Source: Neptunomonas sp.
GTDB lineage: Bacteria > Pseudomonadota > Gammaproteobacteria > Pseudomonadales > Balneatricaceae
NCBI GenBank assembly: GCA_036804365.1
Contig: DAIRSP010000001.1
Location: 45,990-109,989, forward strand
DNA length: 64,000 nt
Direction of reading: 5' to 3'
Each line of letters opens with the position of its first letter. Within the stretch, counting starts at the first letter, position 1. The translations under genes and the position numbers were made by a program. The notes under the pieces are model-generated. The model searched no databases. It was not told where the DNA came from and saw only the letters and a list, made by a program, of their open reading frames with translations. This document shows positions 9,435-19,866 of the stretch, in pieces.

Positions 9435-10103
9435 ATGGCGTATCAACACCGATTTGTTAATGGAAGTGCCTGCAATTTCACTTTGGGCAAAATCGTTTGT
9501 GTAGGGCGAAACTATGCAGATCATGCAAAAGAGTTGAATAACCCTATTCCTACAGAGCCTATGTTGTTTATTAAACCTGCAACAGCAGCCGTTAAGCTAG
9601 AAGAGCCTTTTACGATTCCACTCAAGCACGGCAGTGTCCATTTTGAGACAGAGATGTCGATTCTAATTGGAGAGCGGTTATCTAACGCATCTGAAAAAGA
9701 GGCTTTAAAAGCGATTGCCGGTGTGGGGGTGGGTTTGGATTTAACCTTGAGAGACTTGCAGGATGGGTTGAAGTCAAAAGGCCACCCTTGGGAAAAGTCG
9801 AAAGCCTTTGATGGTGCCTGTCCCTTATCTGCTTTTGTATCGCCCGACCAGGTTGCAGATTTGCAAAATGTGCAAATTCGCTTGGAGGTCAATGGTGATG
9901 TTCGTCAGGATGGCAACAGTGCCATGATGCTTAATCCAGTGTTGCCTCTGATTAGTTACATTAGTGAGTTTTTCACACTCGAACCGGGCGATGTGATTAT
10001 GACAGGAACGCCTGCCGGTGTAGGCCCGATCGAGATGGGTGATGAATTAAAAGTCGAGTTAGAAAATATTCTATCTGTGTCTAGTTTCGTCAAAGCGGGC
10101 TAA
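9435..10103 (+). CDS. Fumarylacetoacetate hydrolase family protein (YcgM/FAHD1-like)
   Basis: KIVCVGRNYADHAKEL, HFETE, DLTLRD, PWEKSKAFD, GDVIMTGTPAGVG. Confidence 0.92.
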   Translation: MAYQHRFVNGSACNFTLGKIVCVGRNYADHAKELNNPIPTEPMLFIKPATAAVKLEEPFTIPLKHGSVHFETEMSILIGERLSNASEKEALKAIAGVGVGLDLTLRDLQDGLKSKGHPWEKSKAFDGACPLSAFVSPDQVADLQNVQIRLEVNGDVRQDGNSAMMLNPVLPLISYISEFFTLEPGDVIMTGTPAGVGPIEMGDELKVELENILSVSSFVKAG

Positions 10104-10106
10104 TCA

Positions 10107-10871
10107 ATGTGGCGGTATTGGCTCTTAACTGCGGGTTTGTTGAGTAGTCATTCGCTATTAGCGGATTGGCAAAGACCCAGTTTTATCGCGCAGAGTTTTT
10201 ATGAAGTGGCGCTTGGCTCTGAATATGGCGCTACCCAACTCAAAGTGCATAAGTGGCGAACTCCGCTAAGGATATATGTTGAGCATAGAGTCGGAGATCA
10301 GGCACTGCATGACTCTGTGCTTGATGCACATATTGCCCATTTAAGGGCAATAACGGGGTTAGATATCCAGCGTGTAACACAAGTAGCCGAAGCGAATGTG
10401 CGTTACTTCTTTACACGCGAAGCGGAGTTGCAATCTCTCATTAAGCGGTATTCTGGGAATGCAGCGGTAAAACATGAGCGAGGGGCAGTATGCATGGCTA
10501 GCATTCGTGCGAACCTTGAGTCCGATATTGTATTTGCCGCGGTGTATATCCCTGTCGATAGGGCACGTATGCATGGCAAGCTGGTCGCTTGTGTCGTTGA
10601 GGAGTTGACTCAAGTATTGGGTTTGCCAAGGGATTCAGAAAAGGTGTTTCCCTCTATCTTTAATGATAAGACACCCGATGACCTGCTCACCGGTTTGGAT
10701 GATATCCTGTTACGCATTCTTTATGATCCGCGTGTAGTGGCAGGTATGGATAGGTCGGCTTTGGCACCGGTTGTTTCTAACATTATCAGTGAATTGGGTT
10801 CAAAGGGTATGATTAAGTCTGCTGAACGTCGAGTGCGTGAGCAAAGTGGTTTATATCAACTGCTTAATTAA
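10107..10871 (+). CDS. DUF2927-family exported protein
   Basis: Signal peptide; KWRTPLRI, CVVEELTQVLGLPRDS, PSIFND, LLRILYDPR. Confidence 0.8.
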   Translation: MWRYWLLTAGLLSSHSLLADWQRPSFIAQSFYEVALGSEYGATQLKVHKWRTPLRIYVEHRVGDQALHDSVLDAHIAHLRAITGLDIQRVTQVAEANVRYFFTREAELQSLIKRYSGNAAVKHERGAVCMASIRANLESDIVFAAVYIPVDRARMHGKLVACVVEELTQVLGLPRDSEKVFPSIFNDKTPDDLLTGLDDILLRILYDPRVVAGMDRSALAPVVSNIISELGSKGMIKSAERRVREQSGLYQLLN

Positions 10872-10892
10872 CCAGACTGTAAGGGTAAGTGT

Positions 10893-11306
10893 ATGCTGTG
10901 GGTTAAAACGTTTCATATATTGGCGATGACAAGCTGGATGGCCGGAATTTTCTATTTGCCGAGAATCTTCGTGCATTTTGTGGAAGGAAGAGAAGCCGGG
11001 CAGGAGGTTGAGCGTCTCAAAATAATGGGGCGTAAGCTCTATGGTTTTATGACCATTATGGCCGTGTTTACGTTAGCACTTGGGTTCTGGTTGTGGCTTG
11101 GCTACGGTTTCTCTGGTGGCTGGTTGCATGCCAAACTGACTTTTGTACTTTTCTTGATCGGTTATCATCTCTGGTGCCGCAGCTATTTACAGCGGATGCA
11201 GCAAGACGCTTTAGATCGCAGTGGTCGTTATTTTAGATTGTTTAATGAACTACCATTATTGATATTTGTTCCGATCTTAATCTTTGTCGTGGTTAAGCCT
11301 TTTTAA
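10893..11306 (+). CDS. hemJ: Protoporphyrinogen oxidase HemJ (CopD-like membrane protein)
   Basis: WVKTFH, WMAGIFYLPRIFV, WLHAKL, RLFNELP, terminal VVVKPF. Confidence 0.9.
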   Translation: MLWVKTFHILAMTSWMAGIFYLPRIFVHFVEGREAGQEVERLKIMGRKLYGFMTIMAVFTLALGFWLWLGYGFSGGWLHAKLTFVLFLIGYHLWCRSYLQRMQQDALDRSGRYFRLFNELPLLIFVPILIFVVVKPF

Positions 11307-11928
11307 GACGGTTCAGGCGTTGCTCAATTCGTTGAATTCGTGCGGTTAACCGTTCGATTGATTCTGCGGTTGCTTCACTTTCAGTCATCCAGCCCTCTAT
11401 TTCAGCTTGGGTTGGCAGGATATCCAACTCTTCTTGGATGTATTCTTTGGCGTTAAGCCCAAAACTTCTGCCGATCTGAGCGATAAAACCGAGTTTGCTC
11501 CGAGAGATCTCGGCTAGCTGGTGGGCGGGTAGATCACCTAGGTAGGTAGCGAGTAAGCTTTCCCAATCAATCTGTGTGTTGGCTATTAGCGCTTGGAATT
11601 GATTCGCTAAGGCCGTTTCTCCGCTGACGGTAATGCCGTTACCAAAAAAGTGTTCTGCTTTGTTTTTGCTACGAATAAGCTGAAATAGGGTCGATGATTG
11701 GCCTGAAAGCGTTACATCAGCAGGAGCTTCAGAATCTAGTTGTAATTGTAAGCCACCTAAATAAGGCAGAATAAATATCGATTGATCGATATCCTCTGCC
11801 TTAATTTCAATAATGCTGCCCGAGAGTCTACCCAACGCTTCACCTGTTACTGTATCGCTTGTGAGTAGCTGGTTGAGCAGTGACTCTAGCGGTGTAATTA
11901 GTGCTGCGTGAAGCATGGTAGATGGCAT
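11293..11928 (-). CDS. ubiJ: Ubiquinone biosynthesis accessory factor (SCP2 domain)
   Basis: Follows ubiE; IDWESLLATYLGDLPAH, EYIQEE, C-terminal coiled coil RLTARIQRIE. Confidence 0.85.
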   Translation of the reverse strand: MPSTMLHAALITPLESLLNQLLTSDTVTGEALGRLSGSIIEIKAEDIDQSIFILPYLGGLQLQLDSEAPADVTLSGQSSTLFQLIRSKNKAEHFFGNGITVSGETALANQFQALIANTQIDWESLLATYLGDLPAHQLAEISRSKLGFIAQIGRSFGLNAKEYIQEELDILPTQAEIEGWMTESEATAESIERLTARIQRIEQRLNRLKKA

Positions 11929-11942
11929 ATCAATGTCTCCGC

Positions 11943-12701
11943 TTACGGCTTGATGCCGGTATGCAAGGCGACAATTCCGCCAGTCATGTTCTGATACTTA
12001 CAATTCACTAAACCGGCGTTTTGCATCATGCCTTTAAGTGTTTCTTGATCTGGATGCATGCGGATAGATTCGGCTAAGTATTGGTAACTCTCAGCATCGC
12101 CGGCTATCAGTTGACCCATTTTCGGCAAAATATTGAATGAATAAAAATCATACAACTTGGTGAGTGCTGGGTTATTGGTTTTAGAAAACTCTAGAACCAT
12201 TACCTTTCCACCAGGTTTTAACACACGCGCCATAGAACGGATGGCCGCATCTTTGTCTGTTACGTTGCGCAGACCAAAAGCGATAGTTATCACATCAAAT
12301 GTATTGTCGGGAAAAGGTAGGCATTCAGCATTGGCCTGTACAAACTCCACATTACCCGCGACCCCGCGATCCATCAAACGATCACGTCCGACTTTCAGCA
12401 TGGAGTCGTTAATATCGGCGAGAACAACTTTGCCCGTTGGGCCTACGATACGAGAGAAACGAATGGTTAAGTCACCGGTACCGCCAGCGATATCAAGGAT
12501 AGCGTGACCGCGGCGTGCTCCGCTTTGCTCAATCGTTAGTTTTTTCCAGAAACGGTGGATGCCGCCTGACATAAGGTCGTTCATGAGGTCATATTTGCCG
12601 GCCACTGAGTGGAAGACATCGGCTACATGCTTGACCTTTTCATCGACAGGGACTTCACGAAAACCGAAATCAGTCGTGGATTTTTTGTTTTGCTCGCTCA
12701 T
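11943..12701 (-). CDS. ubiE: Ubiquinone/menaquinone C-methyltransferase
   Basis: [51 protein letters not shown]; start reset to ATG 12701. Confidence 0.97.
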   Translation of the reverse strand: MSEQNKKSTTDFGFREVPVDEKVKHVADVFHSVAGKYDLMNDLMSGGIHRFWKKLTIEQSGARRGHAILDIAGGTGDLTIRFSRIVGPTGKVVLADINDSMLKVGRDRLMDRGVAGNVEFVQANAECLPFPDNTFDVITIAFGLRNVTDKDAAIRSMARVLKPGGKVMVLEFSKTNNPALTKLYDFYSFNILPKMGQLIAGDAESYQYLAESIRMHPDQETLKGMMQNAGLVNCKYQNMTGGIVALHTGIKP

Positions 12702-12762
12702 TATATTCTGCTCAACCAAGACGTTTGCCGCATTGTACCTAGGCCAATGGCATTTGTCCTCT

Positions 12763-13137
12763 TTAGAACTTACCAATCAAGCCTTGATCGCGTGTTTCAC
12801 CCGCCATTTCTAGTTTCGCAAGATACTCTTTCCACAGCTTATCTTGCTGCGTGGCAAGCTCGAAAAGCCATTGCCATGTATATAATCCGCTGTCATGGCC
12901 ATCGTCAAAGCAGATCTTTACGGCGTAGTTTCCTGCGGGTTGGATACTCTCAATCCCAACAAACTTTTTACCCGTTTGTAGGATGCTATTGCCAATGCCA
13001 TGACCTCTCACTTCCGCTGACGGTGAGTAAACCCGCAGGTACTCGGCAGTGAGTTCGTAGCTTTTACTATCGTAGATGAGCTCAAGAGTTCGTGATTTTT
13101 TGTGCAGTTTGATATCGCTAGGGATGGGGGCGCTCAT
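12763..13137 (-). CDS. DUF971 / gamma-butyrobetaine hydroxylase-like N-terminal domain protein
   Basis: [37 protein letters not shown]. Confidence 0.88.
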   Translation of the reverse strand: MSAPIPSDIKLHKKSRTLELIYDSKSYELTAEYLRVYSPSAEVRGHGIGNSILQTGKKFVGIESIQPAGNYAVKICFDDGHDSGLYTWQWLFELATQQDKLWKEYLAKLEMAGETRDQGLIGKF

Positions 13138-13150
13138 TGTTGGCTCCTAG

Positions 13151-13180
13151 AAAAAAGGGAGTATAGACATACTCCCTTTT
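13151..13180 (-). terminator. Intrinsic terminator after hslU
   Basis: AAAAAAGGGAGTAT-agac-ATACTCCCTTTT; U6 tract on the - strand. Confidence 0.85.
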
Positions 13181-13189
13181 CATACCACG

Positions 13190-14527
13190 TTAAAGAATGT
13201 AGTGGCTGAGATCTTCGTCTTGACTGAGCTCGTTCAGCTGAGTGTTAACGAAGGCTTCGTCAATTGTGATCATCTCTTCGCTTTGGTCAGAAGCCGTGAA
13301 GGAGAGGTCCTCTAGCAGGCGCTCCATCATGGTATGTAAGCGTCGAGCACCAATGTTTTCGGTTTTTTCGTTAACCTGAAACGCCAGTTGAGCGATGCGA
13401 GCGATACCCTCTTCCGTGAACTCTATATTCACCCCTTCCGTTTTCATAAGGGCGATATATTGAGCCGTCAGCGCCGCCTTAGGCTCTGTCAAAATGCGAC
13501 GGAAATCTTCTGGTGTTAAAGCGTTAAGCTCTACGCGAATAGGCAAGCGACCTTGTAGCTCAGGAATCAGGTCTGAAGGGCGTGCCAAGTGAAAAGCCCC
13601 AGATGCAATAAACAGGATATGGTCGGTTTTTACCATGCCATATTTTGTTGTCACTGTGCATCCTTCGATAAGCGGCAGCAGGTCACGTTGAACCCCTTCA
13701 CGAGAAACATCGGCACCGCCAGCTTCGGCACGTTTGCACACTTTATCGATCTCATCCAAGAAAACGATACCGTTCTGTTCAACCAGTTCGACAGCACGTT
13801 GCTTGATATCATCTTCTTTAACTAAACGTTGCGCTTCTTCTTCAATCAATAGTTTAAAGGCTTCTTTAACTTTTAAACGACGGCTTTGTTTTGCACCGCT
13901 GCCTAAATTAGAGAACATACTTTGTAGCTGGCTAGTCATCTCCTCCATACCTGGAGGTGTCATAATTTCCACACCGACTTTTGGCTGCGCTATTTCAATG
14001 TCGATCTCTTTGTCGTCAAGTTGGCCTTCGCGCAATTTCTTACGGAAGATTTGACGCGTGGCGCTTTCCGACTTGCTTTCAGCAGGGGCCTCATCAAAGT
14101 TGTTGGGTCGCGCTTGAGGCAGCAACGCATCCAAAATACGTTCCTCTGCTGCATCTTCTGCACGGAAGCGAACTTTTTCGGTTTCTTGCTCGCGAATCAT
14201 TTTTACGGCTAGATCAACCAAATCACGAATGATGGTTTCAACATCACGCCCAACATAACCCACTTCGGTAAACTTCGTTGCTTCAACTTTGATAAAGGGC
14301 GCATTGGCCAACTTGGCAAGACGGCGAGCTATTTCGGTTTTACCTACGCCTGTTGGGCCAATCATCAATATATTTTTAGGTGTGACTTCCATGCGCAGAT
14401 CATCAGATAGCTGCATGCGGCGCCAGCGGTTTCGTAGTGCAATAGCTACCGAGCGTTTAGCATTTTGTTGGCCAACGATATGTCTGTCCAGTTCATGGAC
14501 AATTTCACGAGGTGTCATGTTCGACAT
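13190..14527 (-). CDS. hslU: ATP-dependent protease ATPase subunit HslU
   Basis: [33 protein letters not shown], terminal HYIL. Confidence 0.98.
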   Translation of the reverse strand: MSNMTPREIVHELDRHIVGQQNAKRSVAIALRNRWRRMQLSDDLRMEVTPKNILMIGPTGVGKTEIARRLAKLANAPFIKVEATKFTEVGYVGRDVETIIRDLVDLAVKMIREQETEKVRFRAEDAAEERILDALLPQARPNNFDEAPAESKSESATRQIFRKKLREGQLDDKEIDIEIAQPKVGVEIMTPPGMEEMTSQLQSMFSNLGSGAKQSRRLKVKEAFKLLIEEEAQRLVKEDDIKQRAVELVEQNGIVFLDEIDKVCKRAEAGGADVSREGVQRDLLPLIEGCTVTTKYGMVKTDHILFIASGAFHLARPSDLIPELQGRLPIRVELNALTPEDFRRILTEPKAALTAQYIALMKTEGVNIEFTEEGIARIAQLAFQVNEKTENIGARRLHTMMERLLEDLSFTASDQSEEMITIDEAFVNTQLNELSQDEDLSHYIL

Positions 14528-14550
14528 CAGTACAAACTCCTGAATAAGGC

Positions 14551-15081
14551 TCAGACTTTAGCTGGCAATGTTTCTATAGTGAGGCTGTGGTTGGTGAACA
14601 CACAGATATCTGCGGCAATGTTAAGGCTTTTTTCAACAATCGCTTTCGCATCAAGATCAGTGTTAGCAACCAAAGCTTTTGCAGCCGCCAGCGCATAGTT
14701 TCCGCCTGAGCCGATGGCGATAACCCCATCTTCGGGCTCAATTACATCGCCAGTGCCTGACAATAGGTAGGTTTTCTCTTCATTGGCAACGAGCATTAGT
14801 GCTTCAAGACGACGCAAAACTCGATCGCTGCGCCATTCGCGTGCGAGATGGATTACCGCATTGACGATATTGCCTTGATGCTTGTCGAGTTGTTGTTCAA
14901 AAAGATCGCGTAATGTAATCGCATCGGCGGTGCTGCCTGCAAAGCCTGTAATTACTTTGTGTTTGTGCAGCATATTCACTTTGCGTGCACTGCCTTTCAT
15001 TACGGTGTTGCCGAGAGAGACTTGCCCATCGCCGCCAACGACGACTTGGTTGCCACGGCGAACTGAAACGATTGTTGTCAT
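14551..15081 (-). CDS. hslV: ATP-dependent protease peptidase subunit HslV
   Basis: N-terminal MTTIVSVRR (catalytic Thr), [21 protein letters not shown]. Confidence 0.97.
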   Translation of the reverse strand: MTTIVSVRRGNQVVVGGDGQVSLGNTVMKGSARKVNMLHKHKVITGFAGSTADAITLRDLFEQQLDKHQGNIVNAVIHLAREWRSDRVLRRLEALMLVANEEKTYLLSGTGDVIEPEDGVIAIGSGGNYALAAAKALVANTDLDAKAIVEKSLNIAADICVFTNHSLTIETLPAKV

Positions 15082-15118
15082 GGAGACTAGACCTTATTAC
15101 GGTTCAAATATCTCCAAG

Positions 15119-15147
15119 ATATGGGATGCGACTCTATAAATTTCAAG
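15119..15147 (-). promoter_or_regulatory. Sigma32 (RpoH) promoter of hslVU
   Basis: On - strand: CTTGAAA-N14-TCCCATAT, matching the heat-shock consensus, 37 nt before the hslV ATG. Confidence 0.88.
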
Positions 15148-15167
15148 GGGGGCGAGGAAAAACCTCG

Positions 15168-15923
15168 TTAATTCATTCGAATTTCCATGGCGCTTATTTT
15201 CAGTTTCGCCAATTTGTCTTGCGCTTGATTCATTGCTGAGCGGTTATCAAAGGGGCCTAAGCGAACTCGATACCAAGTGCCGTTAGTACCTTCAGATTTG
15301 TCGGTTTTAACGTTGGTTAAGCCGGATAAAATTAACTGAGCACGCATTTTCTCAGCATCAGCTTCATTGCGAAATGAGCCGGCTTGGAGTAGGTAGTTCT
15401 TATCTAACTTCGCATCGCGAGGTGTTGATTTATAAGCTGCAACTAAATCTGGGTTAACTTCGCTTTTAGGAAGCAACTCATAAAACTCATATTTTTTAGG
15501 TTGTTTGGCGGCTATTTCATCCGGTTTAACACTGGTTGCAATGGAAGCCACAACTGGGACGACCTCTACCGGCTTGACGGTGGCTACAGGATTCTCAGAC
15601 TTAGGTACCTCTTGAACAACCGGTTGAGGCTTGGGCTTAATGACTGGAACAGGCGCTGTTTTTCTTGGCTCTTCCGCTTTGGGCTCAGGTTTAGTGGCTA
15701 TAGGGGTACTGACAGTCGTTTGTGTATCGGGCGATACCTGAAGCAACTGGTTGAGTAAATAGACTAGACCCACTACCGCAGCTAAACTGAGAATCGCACG
15801 ACCCCACGGTTTAGTCTCTTTTGGCGGAGGGGCTGCTTTCGCGCGAGGCTTTGCCGCAGGTCGACTTGGACTTGCCGATGAGCCATTTCGAGTGCGTTGT
15901 ACAAAGTCCTTGCGCGAAGCCAT
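15168..15923 (-). CDS. SPOR-domain cell division protein, FtsN-like
   Basis: N-terminal RKDF, one TM, Pro-rich linker, YEFYELLP, SPOR domain LQAGSF...WYRVRLGPF; located between argS and hslV. Confidence 0.85.
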   Translation of the reverse strand: MASRKDFVQRTRNGSSASPSRPAAKPRAKAAPPPKETKPWGRAILSLAAVVGLVYLLNQLLQVSPDTQTTVSTPIATKPEPKAEEPRKTAPVPVIKPKPQPVVQEVPKSENPVATVKPVEVVPVVASIATSVKPDEIAAKQPKKYEFYELLPKSEVNPDLVAAYKSTPRDAKLDKNYLLQAGSFRNEADAEKMRAQLILSGLTNVKTDKSEGTNGTWYRVRLGPFDNRSAMNQAQDKLAKLKISAMEIRMN

Positions 15924-15938
15924 GAGTTATCGTCCTGT

Positions 15939-17699
15939 TTACATCTGCTCTGGTGAGCTAACACCGAGTAGCGTAAGACCGTTGTTGATGACTTGGCGGG
16001 TAGCCTCACTCAGGGTAACGCGTGCGTTTCTGAGGTCTGACGCTTCGATAAGCATTTTATTTGCATTGTAGAACGCATGGAAGTCGTTGGCTAAGTCGCG
16101 CAGATAGTTCGCAAGTAAGTGCGGCTCGTAGTTAACCGCTGCATTGGTCAGTACCTCTGGATATTTGGATAGGCGCGTAATCAGGTCGCGCTCATAATCC
16201 GTATCCAGTTGCCCTAAATTCGCCAAGCCAGCAGCGCAATCCCAATCCCAGCCCTGTTCAGCCAGTTTGCGTTGTACTGAGCAAACGCGAGCATGCGCAT
16301 ACTGAATGTAATATACCGGGTTATCTTTTGATTCGCTTTTCGCAAGGTCTAAATCAAAATCCATATGTTGATCGGCTTTGCGAGTAACATAGAAGAATCG
16401 GCAGGCATCATTGCCTACTTCTTCGCGTAGTTCGCGTAGGGTAACGAATGATCCAGAACGAGTGGACATCTGCACCCTTTCAGTACCGCGGTAAAGAATC
16501 GCAAACTGCACTAACCGGACGAGCATCCGCTCAGGGTCAAAGCCAAGGGCCTCACAAGCGGCTTTCATGCGTGCAATATAGCCGTGATGATCCGAGCCCC
16601 AGATGTAGAGCACTTTATCGAAACCGCGTTCAAACTTGTTTTTGAGGTAAGCGATATCGGAAGCGAAATAAGTTGTTTGGCCATTTGCACGTTTAACAAC
16701 GCGGTCTTTGTCATCACCAAATGAAGTCGAGCGGAACCAGATGTTACCCTCTTGCTCATACAGGAAACCGTTTTCTTGAAGCGTGTTAAGCGCGCTTTCA
16801 ACATCGCCTTCGGTGCTTAAGCCTCGCTCTGAGAACCATTCCTGATAGGTAACACCAAAATCTGATAAGTCATCTTTGATATCAGAGAGAATGGAGTCGA
16901 GCGCAGCATTGAAGAATACATCGTAGCTAGTGTCGCCTAGCAGGGTTTTCGCTTTTTCGATGATAGAGTCAATATGAATCTCTTTATCACCACCCGCAGG
17001 TTCGTCTGCTGGAATGCCAGCCATCACTGTAGCAATGCTATGTTGATATGCATTGCTATCTGCATTGAAAATAACGGCGGCGATATCATGGATATAATCG
17101 CCTTTATAACCATTGCTCGGGAAGGTGACCGCTTCGCCGCATTTTTCTAAATATCGAAGCCAAACGCTGACGGCCAAAATGTTCATTTGGCGACCCGCAT
17201 CGTTGACGTAGTATTCGCGTGCGACAGGCACTCCCGCGGCTTCTAATAAATCTGCAACAGATGCTCCGTATGCAGCCCCGCGTCCATGACCCACATGTAA
17301 AGGTCCGGTCGGGTTAGCAGAAACGAACTCAACTTGTGTGCGGTCTGTGCTTTGCGCTAAACCACGACCGAAGTCTGCTTTTTGCTTAATAATCTGTTCA
17401 ATAACCGCAGCGGTTGATGCTTGAGTCACAAAAAAGTTGATAAAGCCTGGACCTGCGATTTCAGTCTTTTCTAGCGATGCTGATGCAGGGAGTGCATCGC
17501 AAATTAACTGTGCGAGTTCGCGTGGATTACGTCGAGCCGGTTTAGCTAATGTCAGAGCAATATTGGAGGCGAAATCACCATGGGATTTGTCGCGGCTGTT
17601 TTCAACCATGATGTTTGGTTGTGTGTCGAGAACAAGGGTGTTGTTGTCGCTCAGCGCTTGGACGGCGGCACTGATTAGGTCTGCAATATGCTGTTTCAT
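15939..17699 (-). CDS. argS: Arginine--tRNA ligase
   Basis: IAGPGFINF, EFVSANPTGPLHVGHGRGA, MSTRSG, YIQYAHAR. Confidence 0.98.
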   Translation of the reverse strand: MKQHIADLISAAVQALSDNNTLVLDTQPNIMVENSRDKSHGDFASNIALTLAKPARRNPRELAQLICDALPASASLEKTEIAGPGFINFFVTQASTAAVIEQIIKQKADFGRGLAQSTDRTQVEFVSANPTGPLHVGHGRGAAYGASVADLLEAAGVPVAREYYVNDAGRQMNILAVSVWLRYLEKCGEAVTFPSNGYKGDYIHDIAAVIFNADSNAYQHSIATVMAGIPADEPAGGDKEIHIDSIIEKAKTLLGDTSYDVFFNAALDSILSDIKDDLSDFGVTYQEWFSERGLSTEGDVESALNTLQENGFLYEQEGNIWFRSTSFGDDKDRVVKRANGQTTYFASDIAYLKNKFERGFDKVLYIWGSDHHGYIARMKAACEALGFDPERMLVRLVQFAILYRGTERVQMSTRSGSFVTLRELREEVGNDACRFFYVTRKADQHMDFDLDLAKSESKDNPVYYIQYAHARVCSVQRKLAEQGWDWDCAAGLANLGQLDTDYERDLITRLSKYPEVLTNAAVNYEPHLLANYLRDLANDFHAFYNANKMLIEASDLRNARVTLSEATRQVINNGLTLLGVSSPEQM

Positions 17700-17808
17700 T
17701 GACGTGTTAATACCGGTTCAGAAAAATACTCGATTGAAGAACCGGCTATTATCCTCTGTTGGCGAGGGGATGTTAACCCCCTAGCCCACAAAGATAGACA
17801 GTTTTTGT

Positions 17809-19779
17809 TTATATTGTAAATTTACGGACGAGCTCTTGTTGCTTCTGTGCAATTTTGAGTAGGGTAGAGCTGCTGTGCGCAGCCGCGTCAGCACCTTCGG
17901 TTGTTTCGGTCGCAGCGTTATTTATGTTGACGAGGGTGCGGCTAACCTCTTGAACTGCCGTGCTCTGTTGAGAAGCAGCTTCTGCGATGTGGGTGTTCAT
18001 GTCGCGTATCGTTTCAATAGCGGCTTGTATGGCTTGCAGTGCCTCGCTGGAGGAGCTCGCGTGCTCAACACATTCAGTAGCTTGGTCGTGGCTATCGCGC
18101 ATGCTGCTTGCCACGCTGCGAATACGCATCTGCATACTACCGACCATCGACTGAATTTCCTCTGTCGAGTTTTGCGTACGGCTAGCAAGTTGGCGCACTT
18201 CGTCAGCGACCACGGCAAATCCGCGACCATGATCTCCCGCGCGTGCGGCTTCAATAGCGGCATTCAGTGCTAGCAGGTTGGTTTGCTCTGCAATGGTATT
18301 AATGGTGACTAGAATCGAGTCAATTTTTTTGCTGTCTTGTTCCAGTTCAGTTGAAGCACCCACGGCAGATTGCAGCACAGAGGCTTGTGACATAATGCTC
18401 GAGCGTGTCATGGAGACTTTCTGATCGGCATCGCGACTGAGTGCTTCACAGTTTTGTACGGCTGTTAGCGTCGAGTCAGAGTGCGTGGAGACATCAGAAA
18501 CCGTATGTTCCATTTCCGTTGCAGCGGCAGACGTTTGTTCAAGTTGGCGGCTTTGTTCTGCCATAGCGGCCGTGGTTTTATTACTGATTTTAGCGTTATC
18601 GGCGGCTACTTGTGACAATTGTTTAGTGTTTGTAACTACCTGTTCGATGATCAGTTGTAGGCCGGATACTACAGTGTTAAGGCTTTTTGCTAATTCGCCA
18701 AACTCATCTTTGCGTGTGTCTTCAAAGCTAACCGTCATGTTGCCTTGGCCAACAAGAGTGAGTTTTTGCAATATTTGAGTTAACGGTTTACGAATAGTTT
18801 GGGTTAGCAGGTAGCCAATGGTTGCGGCAATAATAAGACCGATGGTGCTTAAAGCATAAATGAGAGTTTGGCTGGCCTTGATAGCCGTTGTTGCGTTAGT
18901 GCGAGCTTTGTTGGTCTGGTCGAACGCAATATTGAGTACGGTTTGCAGCGCTTCTTCGGTTTTGGCGATATAGTTTTCAGCTTCATCCAGTGTTTTTTGC
19001 AGTGTGACCTTGTTGGCGTCTTGCTTAATCAGGGCGCCGAGTAGACCTGTGTCCGCATTCATTGATGCACGCAATCCGTCAATAATACCCAAAATGCGTT
19101 GTGCGTTTTGATCTTCCTTTTTGAAGTTTGCGTAATCAGTCAGAAGTTGCTTCTCTTGAGCACTAAACTCCTCTTTCAATTTATCGATTAGTTTGGTTTT
19201 CTCATAAATGCGAATCGATAGTTTGATGCGGTTAACCGTTTTCATCAAATTTCGCATAGCGCTGATCGCTTCAGCACTGTTGTCTTTGGTTAGGTAACGC
19301 TGTCCCCAATTCGACATGGAATCAATTTGTGCTTGGAAAAGTTGTGCAGAGCTATTGGCTTCTTCTGCAGCAAGCAGCTTTTCTGCGTGTAATATTTTCA
19401 GTCTTGCTGCTGAGTCAACGTACTGTTTCGCTGCCTCTTCAGATGTGATTAAGGCGTTGAAAAGTTCGCTGCCATCTTGCTGCTCTGATTTGAGCTTATT
19501 GAGGGATTCGGTGAAGTGTGCGTAAGAAGCCTCAAAGGCGTCCAGATGAATTTGAAACTTCGAGGCTGGGCTGCTGAGAAATTTCAATAAAGACTGGTTG
19601 GCCTGATTAAGTGCAACAATTTGATCGTAACTACCCTGCAACTGGGGTACGGACTTATCCGAAACAAGATGGAGTTGTTTGTTGATCTCATTCGTGCCGA
19701 TGATGCCACCAATGCCGACCATAAAGATGGTAAGTGCTAGAATGCCAAAGCCAAGAATCAGTTTTTTGGATATTTTCAT
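17809..19779 (-). CDS. Methyl-accepting chemotaxis protein with large helical periplasmic domain
   Basis: Two TMs, HAMP (RKDEFGELA), signalling tip [34 protein letters not shown]. Confidence 0.96.
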   Translation of the reverse strand: MKISKKLILGFGILALTIFMVGIGGIIGTNEINKQLHLVSDKSVPQLQGSYDQIVALNQANQSLLKFLSSPASKFQIHLDAFEASYAHFTESLNKLKSEQQDGSELFNALITSEEAAKQYVDSAARLKILHAEKLLAAEEANSSAQLFQAQIDSMSNWGQRYLTKDNSAEAISAMRNLMKTVNRIKLSIRIYEKTKLIDKLKEEFSAQEKQLLTDYANFKKEDQNAQRILGIIDGLRASMNADTGLLGALIKQDANKVTLQKTLDEAENYIAKTEEALQTVLNIAFDQTNKARTNATTAIKASQTLIYALSTIGLIIAATIGYLLTQTIRKPLTQILQKLTLVGQGNMTVSFEDTRKDEFGELAKSLNTVVSGLQLIIEQVVTNTKQLSQVAADNAKISNKTTAAMAEQSRQLEQTSAAATEMEHTVSDVSTHSDSTLTAVQNCEALSRDADQKVSMTRSSIMSQASVLQSAVGASTELEQDSKKIDSILVTINTIAEQTNLLALNAAIEAARAGDHGRGFAVVADEVRQLASRTQNSTEEIQSMVGSMQMRIRSVASSMRDSHDQATECVEHASSSSEALQAIQAAIETIRDMNTHIAEAASQQSTAVQEVSRTLVNINNAATETTEGADAAAHSSSTLLKIAQKQQELVRKFTI

Positions 19780-19827
19780 CTGTGTTTTTCTTCTTTTGTC
19801 AGATCAAAGAACTACTTCGAAAGTATT

Positions 19828-19854
19828 GTATCGACCTAGGTACTTAATACATTA
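19828..19854 (-). promoter_or_regulatory. Candidate sigma28 (FliA) promoter for the MCP gene
   Basis: On - strand: TAAT-N15-GTCGATAC versus consensus TAAA-N15-GCCGATAA. Confidence 0.6.
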
Positions 19855-19866
19855 GCTAATTTTATA

